Source of the DNA: Mobula hypostoma
Taxonomy: Eukaryota
Assembly: GCF_963921235.1 (NCBI RefSeq)
Contig: NC_086097.1
Span: 250,420,001 to 250,484,000, forward strand
DNA length: 64,000 nt
Direction of reading: 5' to 3'
The position numbers and the translations under genes are program-made. Shown in pieces: positions 37,797-51,721 of the stretch. Each line of letters starts with the position of its first letter. Within the stretch, counting starts at the first letter, position 1. The notes beneath the pieces were generated by a model, which did not search any database, was not told the origin of the DNA, and was given only the letters and a program-made list of their open reading frames with translations.

Positions 37797-39345
37797 GGGA
37801 GGTGAGTCAGCTGTTCCGGAGGCAGAAGACCAGGAAAGCGCCAGGCCCAGACTGCGTGCTGCCTTCCTGCCTGAAGACCTGCGCTGATCAGCTGGCCCCC
37901 ATCTACACACAGATCTTCCATAGATCACTGGAGCTGTGTGAAGTCCCTCATTGCTTCAAGCGCTCCATTATCATTCCAGTCCCTAAGAAACCCACTATCA
38001 AGGGACTAGATGACTACAGGCCTGTTGCCTTGACATCTGTGGTCATGAAGTCCTTTGAGAGACTAGTGTTGGCTCAGCCAAAGGACATTACAGGCCCCCT
38101 GCTGGACCACCTGCAGTTTGCTTATCAGGCAAATAGGTCAGTGGTAGATAGGTAGATGCAGTCAACATGGGATTGCATTACATACTACAACACCTCGACA
38201 GCCCAGGAACTTCTGCGAGGGTCCTGTTTGTTGACTTCAGCTCGGCGTTCAACACCACCGTCCCAGAAATCCTCCAAACTCACCCAGCTCACTCTCTCCC
38301 CAGCCATCTATCAGTTTCCTGACTGACAGGGTGCAGCAAGTGAGGCTGGGAAGCATCATTTCTAGCACCCGGACAATCAGTACCGGTGCCCCCCAGGGAT
38401 GTGTGCTCTCCCCACTGCTCTGCTCCCTTTACACTAATGACTGCACCTCACAGGATCCATCTGTTAAACTCCTGAAGTTTGTAGATGACACAACTGTCAT
38501 TGGCCTTATCCGAGACAGTGATGAGTCTGCATACAGACAGATGGTGGAACGGCTGGCCCTCCGGTGTGGTCAGAACAATCTGGAGCTAAATACACTCAAG
38601 ACTGTGGAGATGACAGTAGACTTCAGGAGGAGCCCCCCCCAATACTCCCTCCACTCACTACACTCAACAGTATTGTGTCTGCTGTGGAGACCTTCAGGTT
38701 TCTGGGTGTCACAGTCTCCCAGGACCTGAAGTGGACACCCAACACGGACACTCTTATCAAAAAGGCTCAGCAGAGGTTGTATTTCCTACGTCAACTCAGG
38801 AAGTACAACCTGCCTCAGGAGCTGCTGATTCAATTCTATTCAGGAATAATCCAGTCTGTTCTCTGTTCGTCCATCACTGTCTGGTTTGGATCAGCTACCA
38901 AACAAGACAAGAATAGACTCCAAAGAACCATCAGGGCTGCGGAAAGGATTGTTGGTGTGAAGCTGCCCTCGATCCAGGACTTGTACACATCTAGAGTCAG
39001 GAAGCGAGCAAGCAGCATCATTGTAGACCCATCACACCCTGGACATCACCTGTTCCAACTCCTTCCTTCTGGTAGGCGCTTTAGATCACTGTATGCCAGG
39101 ACAGATAGGTACAAGAACTGTTTCTTTCCGTATGCCATCAGTCTTATGAACACTTGAATTTTAGTCTATTATAAACCAAGTCCACCTGTACATACACAGG
39201 TATACCTCATTGTATATAGTTCATGATTATTTGCACTATTGTTTTGTTTGCTTTTTGATTCTGTACAGCAAGAGCTCAGGGAAACTGGCATCAAATTCCC
39301 TGTATGTGTCCACATACTTGGCGATGATAAAGGATTCTGATTCTG
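37797..39345 (+). mobile_element. Rex1/Babar LINE, 5'-truncated RT
   Basis: KAPGPDC, DYRPVALTSVVMKSFERLV, TGAPQGCVLSPLL, KFVDDTT, KKAQQRLYFLR, FFPYAI; tail gattctgattctga. Confidence 0.92.
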
Positions 39346-40264
39346 ATAAGATACAGGAGCAGAATTAGGCTACTTGGCCACTGGAGTCTGCTCTGCCATT
39401 TCCTCATGGCTGATCCAGTTTCCTCTCAGCCGCAGTCTCCTGCGTTCTCCCCGTATCCCTTCATGACCTGAAGAATCAAGAATCTATCAACTTCTACCTT
39501 AAATATACATAATGGCTTGGCCTTCACAGCTGCCCATGGCAATGAATTCCACAGGTTCACCACTTTCTGGCTAAAGAAATTCCTCCTCATCTGTTCCAAA
39601 TCAACATCCCTCTCGTCTGAGGCTGTGTCCTCAGGTTTTGGACTCCCTTGTTCTTTCTCAATGAACTGCATAGGCACAGCACACAAGCCAAGTTTTCCAC
39701 TATATCTCAGTAACAATAGTAAACCAATTCCAATTCCTGGTGGGCAACGAATATACCCAAAATTATCAAACTTCCTCAGCAATTGGTGTTTTAATAAAAA
39801 AAATCCCACCCCCAGAAACCAAAGAGAAGAGAGTTTAGGGAAGGGGTCTGTCTTCAAAAAACTCTCCAATCCGCTGGTTCACCACAATTAGACATGCCAT
39901 TTCAGCAAGCAACTGAAAGTTCAAAGTAAATTTATTATCAAAGTCTATATACAACCCTGAGATTCACTTCATGGTGGGCATTCACAGCAAATACAAGAAA
40001 CAATAGAAACAATTAAAGACCCAACAGGAAGGACAAAGAACCAATGTAAAAAAGACAAATTGCAAATACAAAAAGAAATTATAAGCAATGAATATCAAGA
40101 ACATGAGATGAAGAGTCTTTGAAAGATTATGGGATCAGATCAGTGCTGAGCAACACACAAAATGCTGGAGAAAATGCAAGTCAAGGAGCTTTCAGGGAGG
40201 AAAATGCGGCTGTTTCATGTAATTTTACAACTGCTTATTCTATTATAATAATTCTGATTTGATG

Positions 40265-40785
40265 GAGAATGGACTCGAAAGCACAGAGGAACATCTGGAG
40301 AAATTTCTGAAACGCCCGTCCGCTGCTGTCGTTACTGTGTGATCGGGAATCTTTCGGGGGTAGGCCTCAAAATCCCTGGCCTTGCCTGTTTTTGGTGACC
40401 GAGAAGGAGGTCGAATCATTCGGACAGAGATGGCGCTCAGTACTCAGTGTCGGAGAGCTGATCAGAGCTCGAAGTTTTCGGATGACTCAGAATCGGATTG
40501 TGGTCGGCATGGCAGGGAGAGTTTTTCTTCCTTCTCCCGTCTGCGTGAGATGTGGGACATTTGAGAAACTTTGAACTTTACTGTGCTCACGGACTTCTTC
40601 ATCAAGTTATGGTATTGTTACACTGTTTGTAACTATATGTATAATTATGTGGTTTTGTCAGTTTTTTCAGTCTTGGTTTGTCCTGTGTTTTGTGATATCA
40701 CACCGGAGGAAATAATGTATCACTTCTTAATGCATGCATTACTAAATGACAATAAAAGGGGACTGCGTGTCTTCATAATCTAAAT
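40265..40785 (+). repeat. CpG-rich non-coding interspersed element with LINE-like tail
   Basis: CpG-retaining block ending taaatgacaataaa...ataatctaa, interrupting another repeat whose flank matches ~21260-21350. Confidence 0.5.
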
Positions 40786-41679
40786 AATAGTGCCAGTAAC
40801 AATATACTGTCTTACATAAAGTGTGAGGTTCATATTTATGTCAATGGTCAGGCCATGCCCCTCAGGGACTTGGGCTAGAACATACAGCACATTAACTGGT
40901 CATTCAACCCACAATGTTGGATGAAACCAGCTAAAAAGCAAATCAAAAAACACCCAGTAATCCCTCCATCTTCCTTACATCCATATTTTAAATGCCTCTA
41001 ATGCATTTGCCTCCACCACCATACCAGGCAGAGATTCCAAGTATCCATCACAATGAGTAAAAAGCTTCACACACAAAATGCTGCAGGAACTCAGCAGGCC
41101 AGGCAGCATCTACAGTCGACGTTTCGGCCTGAGAACCTTCAGCAGGACTGAAAAGCCTACCCCTCATACCTCTCCCCCCATCTGAACCCACCCCACTCAT
41201 CTTCCATGCATCCCTCTGTTGTGAGACACTTCAACCCTGGAAAACAGATACTCCCTGACCCACTCTCTCTATCTAGACTATTATTTTGTGACTGAAGGTG
41301 CAAGAATCCACACACACCACACCTATATGTACTACATCGTTTCAGTTAGCTGTATACATGTGGTTGAATGACTATAAATTTGTTTGTCTTTTGTATGGGA
41401 GAAGTGATTTGGGGGTTGATGTGCTGGTTCCATTTTTGTTCATTTTTTGTGTTGGGGGTGGTAGATAAAACCTTCGAAATGAGCTGCCTTTTTCCCTTCC
41501 TTAGTTTCTTGGCTACCTAGTAAAGAATTTCAGGGTAGCATACTTTGTTAATAAATGAACCTTTAAACCTGAAAATAAACAGCTGATGGTTTGGGAGGAG
41601 ACTCCGGAAAGGAAGGCCAGAAGGCCAGAAGGCCAGAAATCCAGAAGAAGGGGGAAGGGGGTGGAAAGGTGAAAGTTCA

Positions 41680-42587
<908 letters not shown>

Positions 42588-43554
42588 AGGTCTTTTTTTA
42601 TTGCTGGCAATTAGGTACGATAATTCATGCCTCTTGCTTCATTAAGGTTTTTACAGCCGAGCGAGGTGATGATGATAAAGTCCCACTATTTTTTAAATGT
42701 TCCCAATGGTGTGAGTCTCAGGTAGCCTGTGACAACCAAGTTGCAGCTCGAGGTCTTAACGTGTGGCTTATCACCAAACCCAGCGGAACCGGTTCTACTG
42801 ACTAGAGAAGGGGCAAATGCAGGTTATTGGCGCCTTAAAACCAGTCGCTGCCGGCAGATGGGGCTCGTCAGTGGTTAGCAGCTCATCTAAGAGCAGGAAA
42901 ACCCTGATCTCAAACCTCCCCTACCTTGCAGTTATACCCACTCATGGGGATGGCTTTAAAAGTAAACCCTGATCCGGAGCCAGAGTCCCTAAGGCAGTCC
43001 TACATTGAGTTCAACACTGACTGGCAACTTCTGGTGACAAACTGTACTGGTCTCTGCAGTTCCTTTGGGTTCTTCAGCTGTGTGGTGAGGGGGAGCTTGC
43101 TACGTGGGCAACGGCTGGTTCTCCGTGTGGTACTACCATGGCTTGCCTATCTAGACAGCTAGGACACACTATCCATGGCCAACCATGAACAAAGGAGACC
43201 TCTTGTGAGTTGCGAAATAAATCTAAGGCCAGAATCCCGTGTGTTATCACCACCTTATTTCTAGTGAAATTTGTTGTTTTGCTGCAGCAGTACAGTGCAA
43301 AGACATAAAATTACTGTACGTGGTACAAGGTGCAAAAAAGGAACAACGAGGCAACCATTCACAAACCTGTTTGCACAGGGGAAGAAACTGTTTTGTTCAG
43401 GCTCCCTGATGGCAGAAGAGAACCAGAAGAGAACATGTCCAGTGTGATACTGGAGAAATCAGTCACTGAGCCTGGTAGGAACTGGTTTTTAGAGAAAGAC
43501 AAAGACTTGTCCTTGCTGACACTTGTAAATTCATATAATATTTCACCGGTATTA

Positions 43555-43897
43555 CTTCTTCTTCAGCCCATCAGCCCTACTGGGGCATAGGTCACCGAAA
43601 GAGTTCTCTGTCCTGGGCCAGTGTTTCATAACATCCCCAGTTTAGCCCACCTTCTTGGTATCCCCCTCTCCCAGGGATGAGGTCTTTGGAGCTTCTGTTG
43701 GCATTTCTTCAGCTCTGGGTATTTAGTGATGGGGTTGCTAGCTCAATGCCCTACTCTCCTCCTCTCAAAGCTGGGCTTGGGACTGTCCATGTGGAGTTTA
43801 ATATTCTAGTATTCACACCAGGCTTGGGACTGTCCATGGTGGTGTTCTAGTATCTAGTATTCACACCAGGCTTGGGACTGTCAATGACAGAGTTCTA
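43555..43897 (-). mobile_element. Short non-autonomous RTE-like element with twister-ribozyme-like 5' head (5' half in three tandem copies)
   Basis: Minus strand: AACTCC.C.ATGGACAGTCCCAAGCC...GGAGGAGAG..GGGCATTGAGCTAGCAACCCCATC at the head, and gacctatgccccagtaggg...gaagaagaag at the tail. Confidence 0.65.
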
Positions 43898-43906
43898 TTA
43901 TTGAAT

Positions 43907-44334
43907 CTTCTCCATGGATTGTCACCTTGTCGTGGTGGAGAAGCTTGTGCGGTCCTCTGATCCCGAGAGCAATACCGTCTGGAGCTATGCTCCTGGTAGG
44001 GTCACCCATGGCGGTAAGGTCGAGGGTGAGGTCCCTGACAAAGAACAATCCAACCAAGACCTCAACGGTGGAACAGGCGGATGAAGTTACTTCGAACTCA
44101 ACGGCTGTGAAGACGGATGAAGGCTACAACAAATCCATCAGCTCCAATCGTCGTGGTTTCCGTGCCATTGGAATCAGTTGGTTGATTTGTGAAGTATCGT
44201 GTGCTTCTTGGAGTGAAACATCAAGTACACGTTAAACAAATACACGCACAGGCGTCTTCACTCTGTGGGCCACTTGATCAACAGAACGAAGACCATCATC
44301 CTCGACCTCGAGAGAGAGCCACGACGACAATGAA
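43907..44334 (+). mobile_element. RTE (Expander/BovB-like) 5'-UTR-derived short element
   Basis: Head caccttgtcgtggtggag...gctcctggtagggtcacccatggc resembles recalled RTE-clade 5' UTRs; (ACG)-type tail; 8-bp TSD TATTGAAT at 43899-43906 and 44335-44342. Confidence 0.7.
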
Positions 44335-46899
44335 TATTGAATATAAACAAGTAATTTGTAGTAATTGAAGAATTAAGTAACAGCAATGTGATTGATTTGT
44401 GGTATCCTGAAAAGTCTAGTTAGATGTTATTATTGACAGCAGAAGTCAAATTTCCTCTGCATTTACCATTAAATGAAGAAACAAATTTCTCTGACTCATG
44501 GGCTCTGAAGTTCTGTACACCTTGTGCGTTAACTATGGGGGTTGAGCTACTATGGTGATTATTTTAATAACCATGTAAAGGATGGTAGGACAAGGGATGA
44601 GATAGTTTGGGACGGGGGAAGTTGGCGAGGCTGAAAAAAAGGGAATGAATCAAGAGCAATGGTATGATTGTGTATCAGTGTGGCACACACAAAATATTGG
44701 AGGAGCTCAGCAGGTCAGGCAGCACCAGGGGAGGTGGTAGGCAGATGAGGAGAACAGGTAAGAGGTCAGAGTGGGGAACTGAAGATGAGAGAAGGGGGAT
44801 TTGGAAAAGATTACCAGAAATTGGAGAAATCGCTGTTTATGCCATGATGTTGGAGGCTACCTAGATGGAGTATGAAGTGTTGGACCTCCAAGAGGAGGCC
44901 AAGGGCTGACATGTTAGAACGGGAATGAGATAGGAATTAAAATGGTTGACTGCTGGGAAATCCCACTCTACCTGTGTTGACATAGGGAAATTTACCAACT
45001 ACATACTGGTAGGCGGAGAAATGCTTCTGGAAAGCCCCATTCCTGTTCATCTCTTTTGTTTGCAGATAGATTGAAGGAATGCAATGATATCTGCCAAACT
45101 TTGGCACATCCTCTACCACTGGACTGTCAGCCAGGTGGAGGAACATAGGGATCTGAGCGTCCACATCGACAGATCCTTCGAAGATGCCTCATGTTGATGG
45201 GGTTGTTAAGAAGGTGTATAGTGTGTTAGCCTTCATTTATCAGGGTATTGAGCTCGAGAGGTAATATTACAGCTTCATAAAACCTAGCTTAGATGACAAT
45301 TGGACAATTATGGTCACCTTGTTATAGGAAGGATGTGGAAGCTCTCGAACGAGTGCAGAGGATTTGCCTGGATGAAAGAGAAGATTTGTAGCTTGGGTTG
45401 GCTGCTAGTTTGTAGGGTTGTAGGTCACAAACATTTCATCACGAGTCAAGGTGACATCATCAGTCTGCGTGAATATTGTTTCTGCTGAGTGCTCACATTT
45501 ATATTGGTCTGACTTGTTCTGGTTGATTGGCTTGTCGTGGTGGCCGCTAGTCTCCACTGGGTCCCAGATAGCTGAGTGATCTCGGCTGGCCTGTATCCCT
45601 GGTTATCGGTCATTGTGAGCATTGGTTCTTTGGGTGTCCACGGTTCTCCCCTTGGCCCCGATCCCACAGATCCAGAGGACGCTGCCTGGGTTAGAGACCA
45701 CGTCTTATGAAGATAGGTTTGGTGAGCTAGGGCTCTTCTTTTTGAAGTGACGGAGGATGAGAGCCGTACAAAATGATAAGAGGCACAGATTGAGTGGACA
45801 GCCGGGGACATTTTCCCAGTGTGGAAATGGCAAGTACGTGGGGCATAACATTAAGCTGATTGGAGGACAGTAATGAGGGGGATGTCAGAGGTAAGTTCTT
45901 TCCACAGAGAGTGGTGGGTGTGTGGAATGTGCTGCCAGGGGTGGTGGTAGAGGCAGACATTTCAGAAACCCATGGATCATAGAAAAATGGAGGACTATGA
46001 AGGAGGGAAGATCAATCGTAGAGTAGGTTTAAAGGTCAGCACAACATTGTGGGCTGAAGGGCCTGTACTGTGCTGTAATGTTCTATCTTCCATTGTCTAT
46101 ATATTGCCAAGCCTGATTGTCCTCCTGCTATCCGAGCAGATGTGGAAGAGATTCGATATGGTCTCCAGACATAGTATTAACTACAGTACCACAGCGATTA
46201 GCACAACGCTTTACCGTACCAGCGACTTTCTACCTCTGTCTGTAAGGAGTTTGTATGTTCTCCCCATGACTGCCAGTTTCACTCCACAGTCCAGAGATGT
46301 ACCAGTTAGTAGGTTAATTGTTGATTGTAAATTGTCCTGAGATTAGGTTAGGGTTAAATTAGGGGTTTATGTGCAGTGTGGCTCGAATGCCTGTTCCATG
46401 CTGTATCTCAGTAAAGAAAATAAATAATTGCCTTTGCTCAGGCCAGCCATGTAGTGACATCTGCTCTCTGAGCAGAGAGTTCTGAACCTCCATGAAGACA
46501 GCTGATCTTTGTAATGCATCCAGTGGCAGTAGACATCCTTGACAAGGCATTGAATAATAACCCATCCCCGATCCCCATGAGCATCAGCTATTCCTGTTCA
46601 TGTAGCGACACAGCATGCTTTCATTAGAGAGTTCCAATGTATTGATTTAATAACAATAAACGAGTCAAAATGGAAAAGTTCTTGGGGTCGATGGAACACT
46701 CAATGCCTCTGCCACTATTTTACCAGATGACAGAACATAGAACATTACAGTGCAGGCTCCTTGGCCCACAATAACCTATTCTAACATCAATCTAACCCTT
46801 CCCCACCCCAACATAACCCACCATTTTTCTATCATCCATGTACCTATCTAAGAGTTTCTTAAATGTACCTAATGTATCAGCCTCTTCCACCAAACACAA

Positions 46900-47063
46900 G
46901 TCTTGCCACTGGATCCAGATGGGAATTGGGAAGAGAGAGTGAGGCTGACGCTGAGCAACTCTCCCTCACTTAAACCCAAATCAAGCGCGAGTCTCAATAC
47001 CATCATCATCTCTCTAATGATGTTGAGGTCTTCATCGACGACGATGGACGAACAACAACAACA
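46900..47063 (+). mobile_element. Short 5'-truncated retroposon with (CAA)n tail
   Basis: 11-bp TSD ACCAAACACAA at 46889-46899 and 47064-47074. Confidence 0.7.
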
Positions 47064-48180
47064 ACCAAACACAAAGAACTCAATTGTAACACCCCCCTGT
47101 ACTTTATTCCAACACAAATCCATGAAAATCAGCGGGCCATTTGATCTTTTGAAACACACAATCGTAATCAGATTTATTATCACTGTCGTATGATGTGATT
47201 TGTTGTTTTGTTTCAGCAAAGACATAAAAATCACTGAATTACTAAAAGAAATAAATAGTGAAAAAATAAAGGCAGAAAGAAGGCTGATTGTTCATTGTAC
47301 ATGGACCATTCTGAAATCTGATTGCAGAGGGCAAGAAGCTGTTCCTAAGTCTTTTGAGAGGGATATGTCTCTGAAGAGAAGTGTTTTTTTAAGATCTGAC
47401 CAAGCAAAACACTTAAAGTTAATAATATTTCCTTGGGCACAGTCTTATGAAGCTGCTGACCAACAATAATAACTCATCTAACTGACTCTCACACTTACTC
47501 CCACCCCAGCCCACCACCATTTCTGGTTCCGATAACACGTGCCAATTATCATTTAAATCGATTATTTTGCTCTTGGTGTCAGGGTTACCTCATCAAGATT
47601 GTTTTTGAGGACTGTGACGTGGGCTGATGCAGAGATTAGTCCTTACACGAATGCATAGAGGTTAGCGTAAGTTTATTACAGGGCTAGCCATAAGATGGGG
47701 GTTCACTTGCTGCCAAGGCCCGTAAGGCATTTGTATCCTCTCCCCATTACTGCATGGGTTTCCTCGGAGTGCTCTGGTTTCATCCCACACTCCAAAGATG
47801 TCCAGGTAGAGGTCATGGAGATGTGGGCCTGCTATGTTGGTGGTGCAGCTAGTGGACAGCTTGGTCAAAACCTCACTGATTGACGGAAAAACAACGTATT
47901 TTGCTGTTTGCTTCGATGTCCCTGTGACAAACAAAGTGAATCTTTACTGCTTTAGATAGAAAGTGCTCTGCTGATCTAGCTAGGTGAGACCACTAATGTT
48001 CACCCTCTTCTCTATTATTCAAATAATTGAGAAGCTTTCATTCCAATAAAACCTGTGATCTGCATTTTGATGGTGTGTTTTCAGGCCAATTCAGTGGTCT
48101 GGGGCTTTGCTGTCCCCGGTGAGATTTCAAGCAAAGCGTGCAGCCTAGAGACGGGTTGTGAGCCCATGATCAACTCCATT

Positions 48181-49217
48181 TCATAGTCATAGTCATACTT
48201 TATTGATCCTGGGGGAAATTGGTTTTCATTACAGTTGCACCATAAATAATTAAATAGTGATAAAACCATAAATAATTAAATAGTAATATGTAAATTACGC
48301 CAGGAAATAAGTCCAGGACCAGCCTATTGGCTCAGGGTGTCTGACCCTCCAAGGGAGGAGTTGTAAAATTTGATGGCCACAGGCAGGAATGACCTTCTAT
48401 GACGCTCTGTGTTGCATCTCGGAGGAATGGCTGAATGTACTCCTGTGCCCAACCAGTACATTATGTAGTGGATGGGAGACATTGTCCAAGATGGCATGCA
48501 ACTTAGACAGCATCCTCTTTTCAGACACCACCGTCAGAGAGTCCAGTTCCATCCCTACAGCATCACTGGCTTTATGAATGAGTTTGTTGATTCTGTTGGT
48601 GTCTGCTACCCTCAGCCTGCTGCCCCAGCACACAACAGCAAACATGATCGCACTGGCCACCACAGATTCGTAGAACATCCTCAGCATCGTCCGGCAGATG
48701 TTAAAGGACCTCAGTCCCCTCAGGAAATAGAGACGGCTCTGACCCTTCTTGTAGACAGCCTCAGTGTTCTTTGACGAGTCCAGTTTATTGTCAATTCGTA
48801 TCCCCAGGTATTTGTAATCCTCCACCATGTCCACACTGACCCCCTGGATGGAAACAGGGGTCACCGGTACCTTAGCTCTCCTCAGGTCTACCACCAGCTC
48901 CTTAGTCTTTTTCACATTAAGCTGCCGATAATTCTGCTCACACCATGTGACAAAGTTTCCTACAATGGCCCTGTACTCAGCCTCATCTCCCTTGCTGATG
49001 CATCCAACTATGGCAGAGTCATCCGAAAACTTCCGAAGATGACAAGACTCTGTGCAGTAGTTGAAGTCCGAGGTGTAAATGGTGAAGAGAAAGGGAGACA
49101 AGACAGTCCCCTGTGGAGCCCCAGTGCTGCTGATCACTCTGTTGGACACACAGTGTTGTAAGCACATGTACTGTGGTCTGCCAGTCAGGTAATCAAGAAT
49201 CCATGACACCAGGGGAG
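48181..49217 (-). mobile_element. Rex1/Babar LINE 3' portion
   Basis: ORF 48397..49227: TGAPQGTVLSPFLF, KFSDDS, KKGQSRLYFLR; tail aataaagtatgactatgactatga. Confidence 0.92.
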
Positions 49218-50270
49218 CATTTCTCAATGATGCTGCCAGTTAAACCATTGAGGAAGATAGAAATCAATGAGGGACAAGAGCAGAAGGTGGGCAGGGTTCA
49301 GTGCCATCCACTTACATTTGACCTCCCTCTCTTCCCCACCCCTACCCTCCCCACCACCCTCTCTCACCCCTCCCCCCAACCACCATTCTCTCACCTTCCT
49401 CCCCCTCCCAGAAATGGTCTCTCTCTCTCTCTCTCTCCTCCTCACTCAATGCTGCTGAGGATGGTGCTGGAGTCCTGGGCCTTGGGCAAGGTTTTGTGGA
49501 CTGGACTCTGTTGTTCACGTTACGAAGTGTATCTGCTTTCTGGATGATCCGTTTTCTGCTGCTGTTTTGTATGATTTTTGAATGTGCGGACTAGTGCTGT
49601 GGCCTGTAGATAGCAGCTGGACTCAGCTGAATTGAATATGCCTGGGCTACTTCAATGCCTTTGTGATTTCGTGTTTTGTATTCTGTGTTATTCACTCGTT
49701 TCTTCTGCCGGTTCCACAATTTTTTTGTGTGTGTTGGGAGCTTGCTGTATCTCTTTAACGGGTCGATGGTTTTCTTTTTGTCACGGTTCTCAGGGTTGTA
49801 TACTGCATACTTTCTTCGATAACAAAATGTACTTTGAATATTATTAGCAAGTGTTAAAAGATTGTTCAGCCTATTCTGGAATGTAAGAACAGGTTGCCTG
49901 CAAAGTCAAATACTACTTGACTGAGTAACACCTCAGCTTTGCCTGTCCATGGAGTGATAAAATATGACTCAAGCATTCGGAATGATGGTGAAATACTTGG
50001 GTGTAGATTTGTTATTGAGTAACCATCAGAAGCAGACTTTGGTAATGAAAAATATGTATGTATTACTACTGTTATGCTATTAAGTGTTTTACTTTCTGCA
50101 ACACCCACAACACGCTGGAGGAACTCAGCAGGTCGGGCAGCATCCGTGGAAACGATGAGTCAACGTTTCGGGCCGGAACCCTTCGTCAGGACTGAAGAGG
50201 GAAGGGGCAGAGGCCCTATAAAGAAGGTGGGAAGGAGAAGGCTGGTAGGTTCCAGGTGAAAAACCAGTAA

Positions 50271-51082
50271 TGCTGAAAAATGTGAGGTGCTACATTTTGG
50301 TAGGACTAATCAAAATAGGACATACATGGTAAATGGTAGGACATTGAAGAATACTGTAGAACAGAGGGATCTAGGAATAATGGTGCATAGTTCCCTGAAG
50401 GTGGAATCTCATGTGGATAGGGTGGTGAAGAAAGCTTTTGGTACGCTGGCCTTTATTAATCAGAGCATTGAGTATAGGAGTTGGGATGTAATGTTAAAAT
50501 TGTACAAGGCATTGGTAAGGCCAAATTTGGAGTATTGTGTACAGTTCTGGTCACCGAATTATAGGAAGGATGTCAACAAAGTAGAGAGAGTATAGAGAAG
50601 ATTTACTAGAATGTTACCTGGGTTTCAGCACCTAAGTTACAGAGAAAGGTTGAACAAGTTGGGTCTTTATTCTTTGGAGCATAGAAGGTTGAGGGGGGAC
50701 TTGATAGAGGTGTTTAAAATTATGAGGGGGATTAATAGAGTTGACATGGATAGGCTTTTTCCATTGAGAGTGGGGGAGATTCGAACAAGAGGACATGAGT
50801 TGAGAGTTAAAGGACAAAAATTTAGGGGTAACGTGAGGGGGAACTTCTTTACTCAGAGAGTGGTAGCTGTGTGGAATGAGCTTCCAGCAGAAGTGGTTGA
50901 GGCAGGATCGATGTTGTCGTTTAAAGTTACATCTATCCAATTTAACTTTGGACAGGAAAGGAATGGAGGGTTGTGGGCTGAGTGCAGGTCGGTGGGATTA
51001 GGTGAGAGTAAGAGTTCGGCATGGACTAGAAGGGCCGAGATGGCCTGTTTCGGTGCTGTAATTGTTATATGGTTATGGTTAT
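50271..51082 (+). mobile_element. CR1 3' fragment (different subfamily, ATGGTT-type tail)
   Basis: LYKALVRPNLEYCVQFWSP, RRLRGDLIEVFKI; tail gttatatggttatggttat. Confidence 0.92.
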
Positions 51083-51721
51083 AAAGGGATGGTGGAGGGG
51101 AAGCAGGGAGGGGATAGGCAGGAAAGGTGAAGAAAGAATAGGGGAAACACAATGGGTAGTAGAAGGAGGTGGAACCATGAGGGAGGTGATAGGCAGCTGG
51201 GGGAGGGGGCCGAGTGACATAGGGATAGGGGAAGGGAGGGGGAGGGAATTACTGGAAGTTGCAGAATTCTATGTTCATACCAAGGGGCTGGAGACTACCT
51301 AGACGGTATATGAGGTGTTGCTCCTCCAACCTGAGTTTAGCCTCATCATGGCAGTAGAGGAGGCCATGTATGGACATATCTGTATGGGAGTGGGAAGCAG
51401 AGTTGAAGTGGGTGGCTACTTGGAGATACTGTCTGTTGTGGCGGACAGAGCGGAGGTGCTCGATGAAGCAGTCCCCCAATCTGCGTCGGGTTTCACCGAT
51501 GTAGAGGAGGCCGCACTGGGAGCACTGGATGCAATAGATGACCCCAACAGACTCACAAGTGAAGTGTTGCCTCACCTGGAAGGACTATTTGGGGCCCTGA
51601 ATTCCCCCTCCACCTCCCTCCCTCTATCCCTATTTCACTCTGCCCCCTCCCCTAGCTGCCTATCACCTCCCTCATGGTTCTGCCTCCTTCTACTACCCAT
51701 TGTGTTTTCCCCTATTCCTTC

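Noticed and set aside
41610..41650. (AGAAGGCC)n short tandem repeat
   Set aside because: Local slippage within a degenerate PLE-related terminal fragment; no sign of function.
43770..43897. Three spaced direct repeats superficially like a CRISPR array
   Set aside because: Eukaryotic context, the spacers resemble each other, no cas genes; explained as a tandemly duplicated retroposon head.
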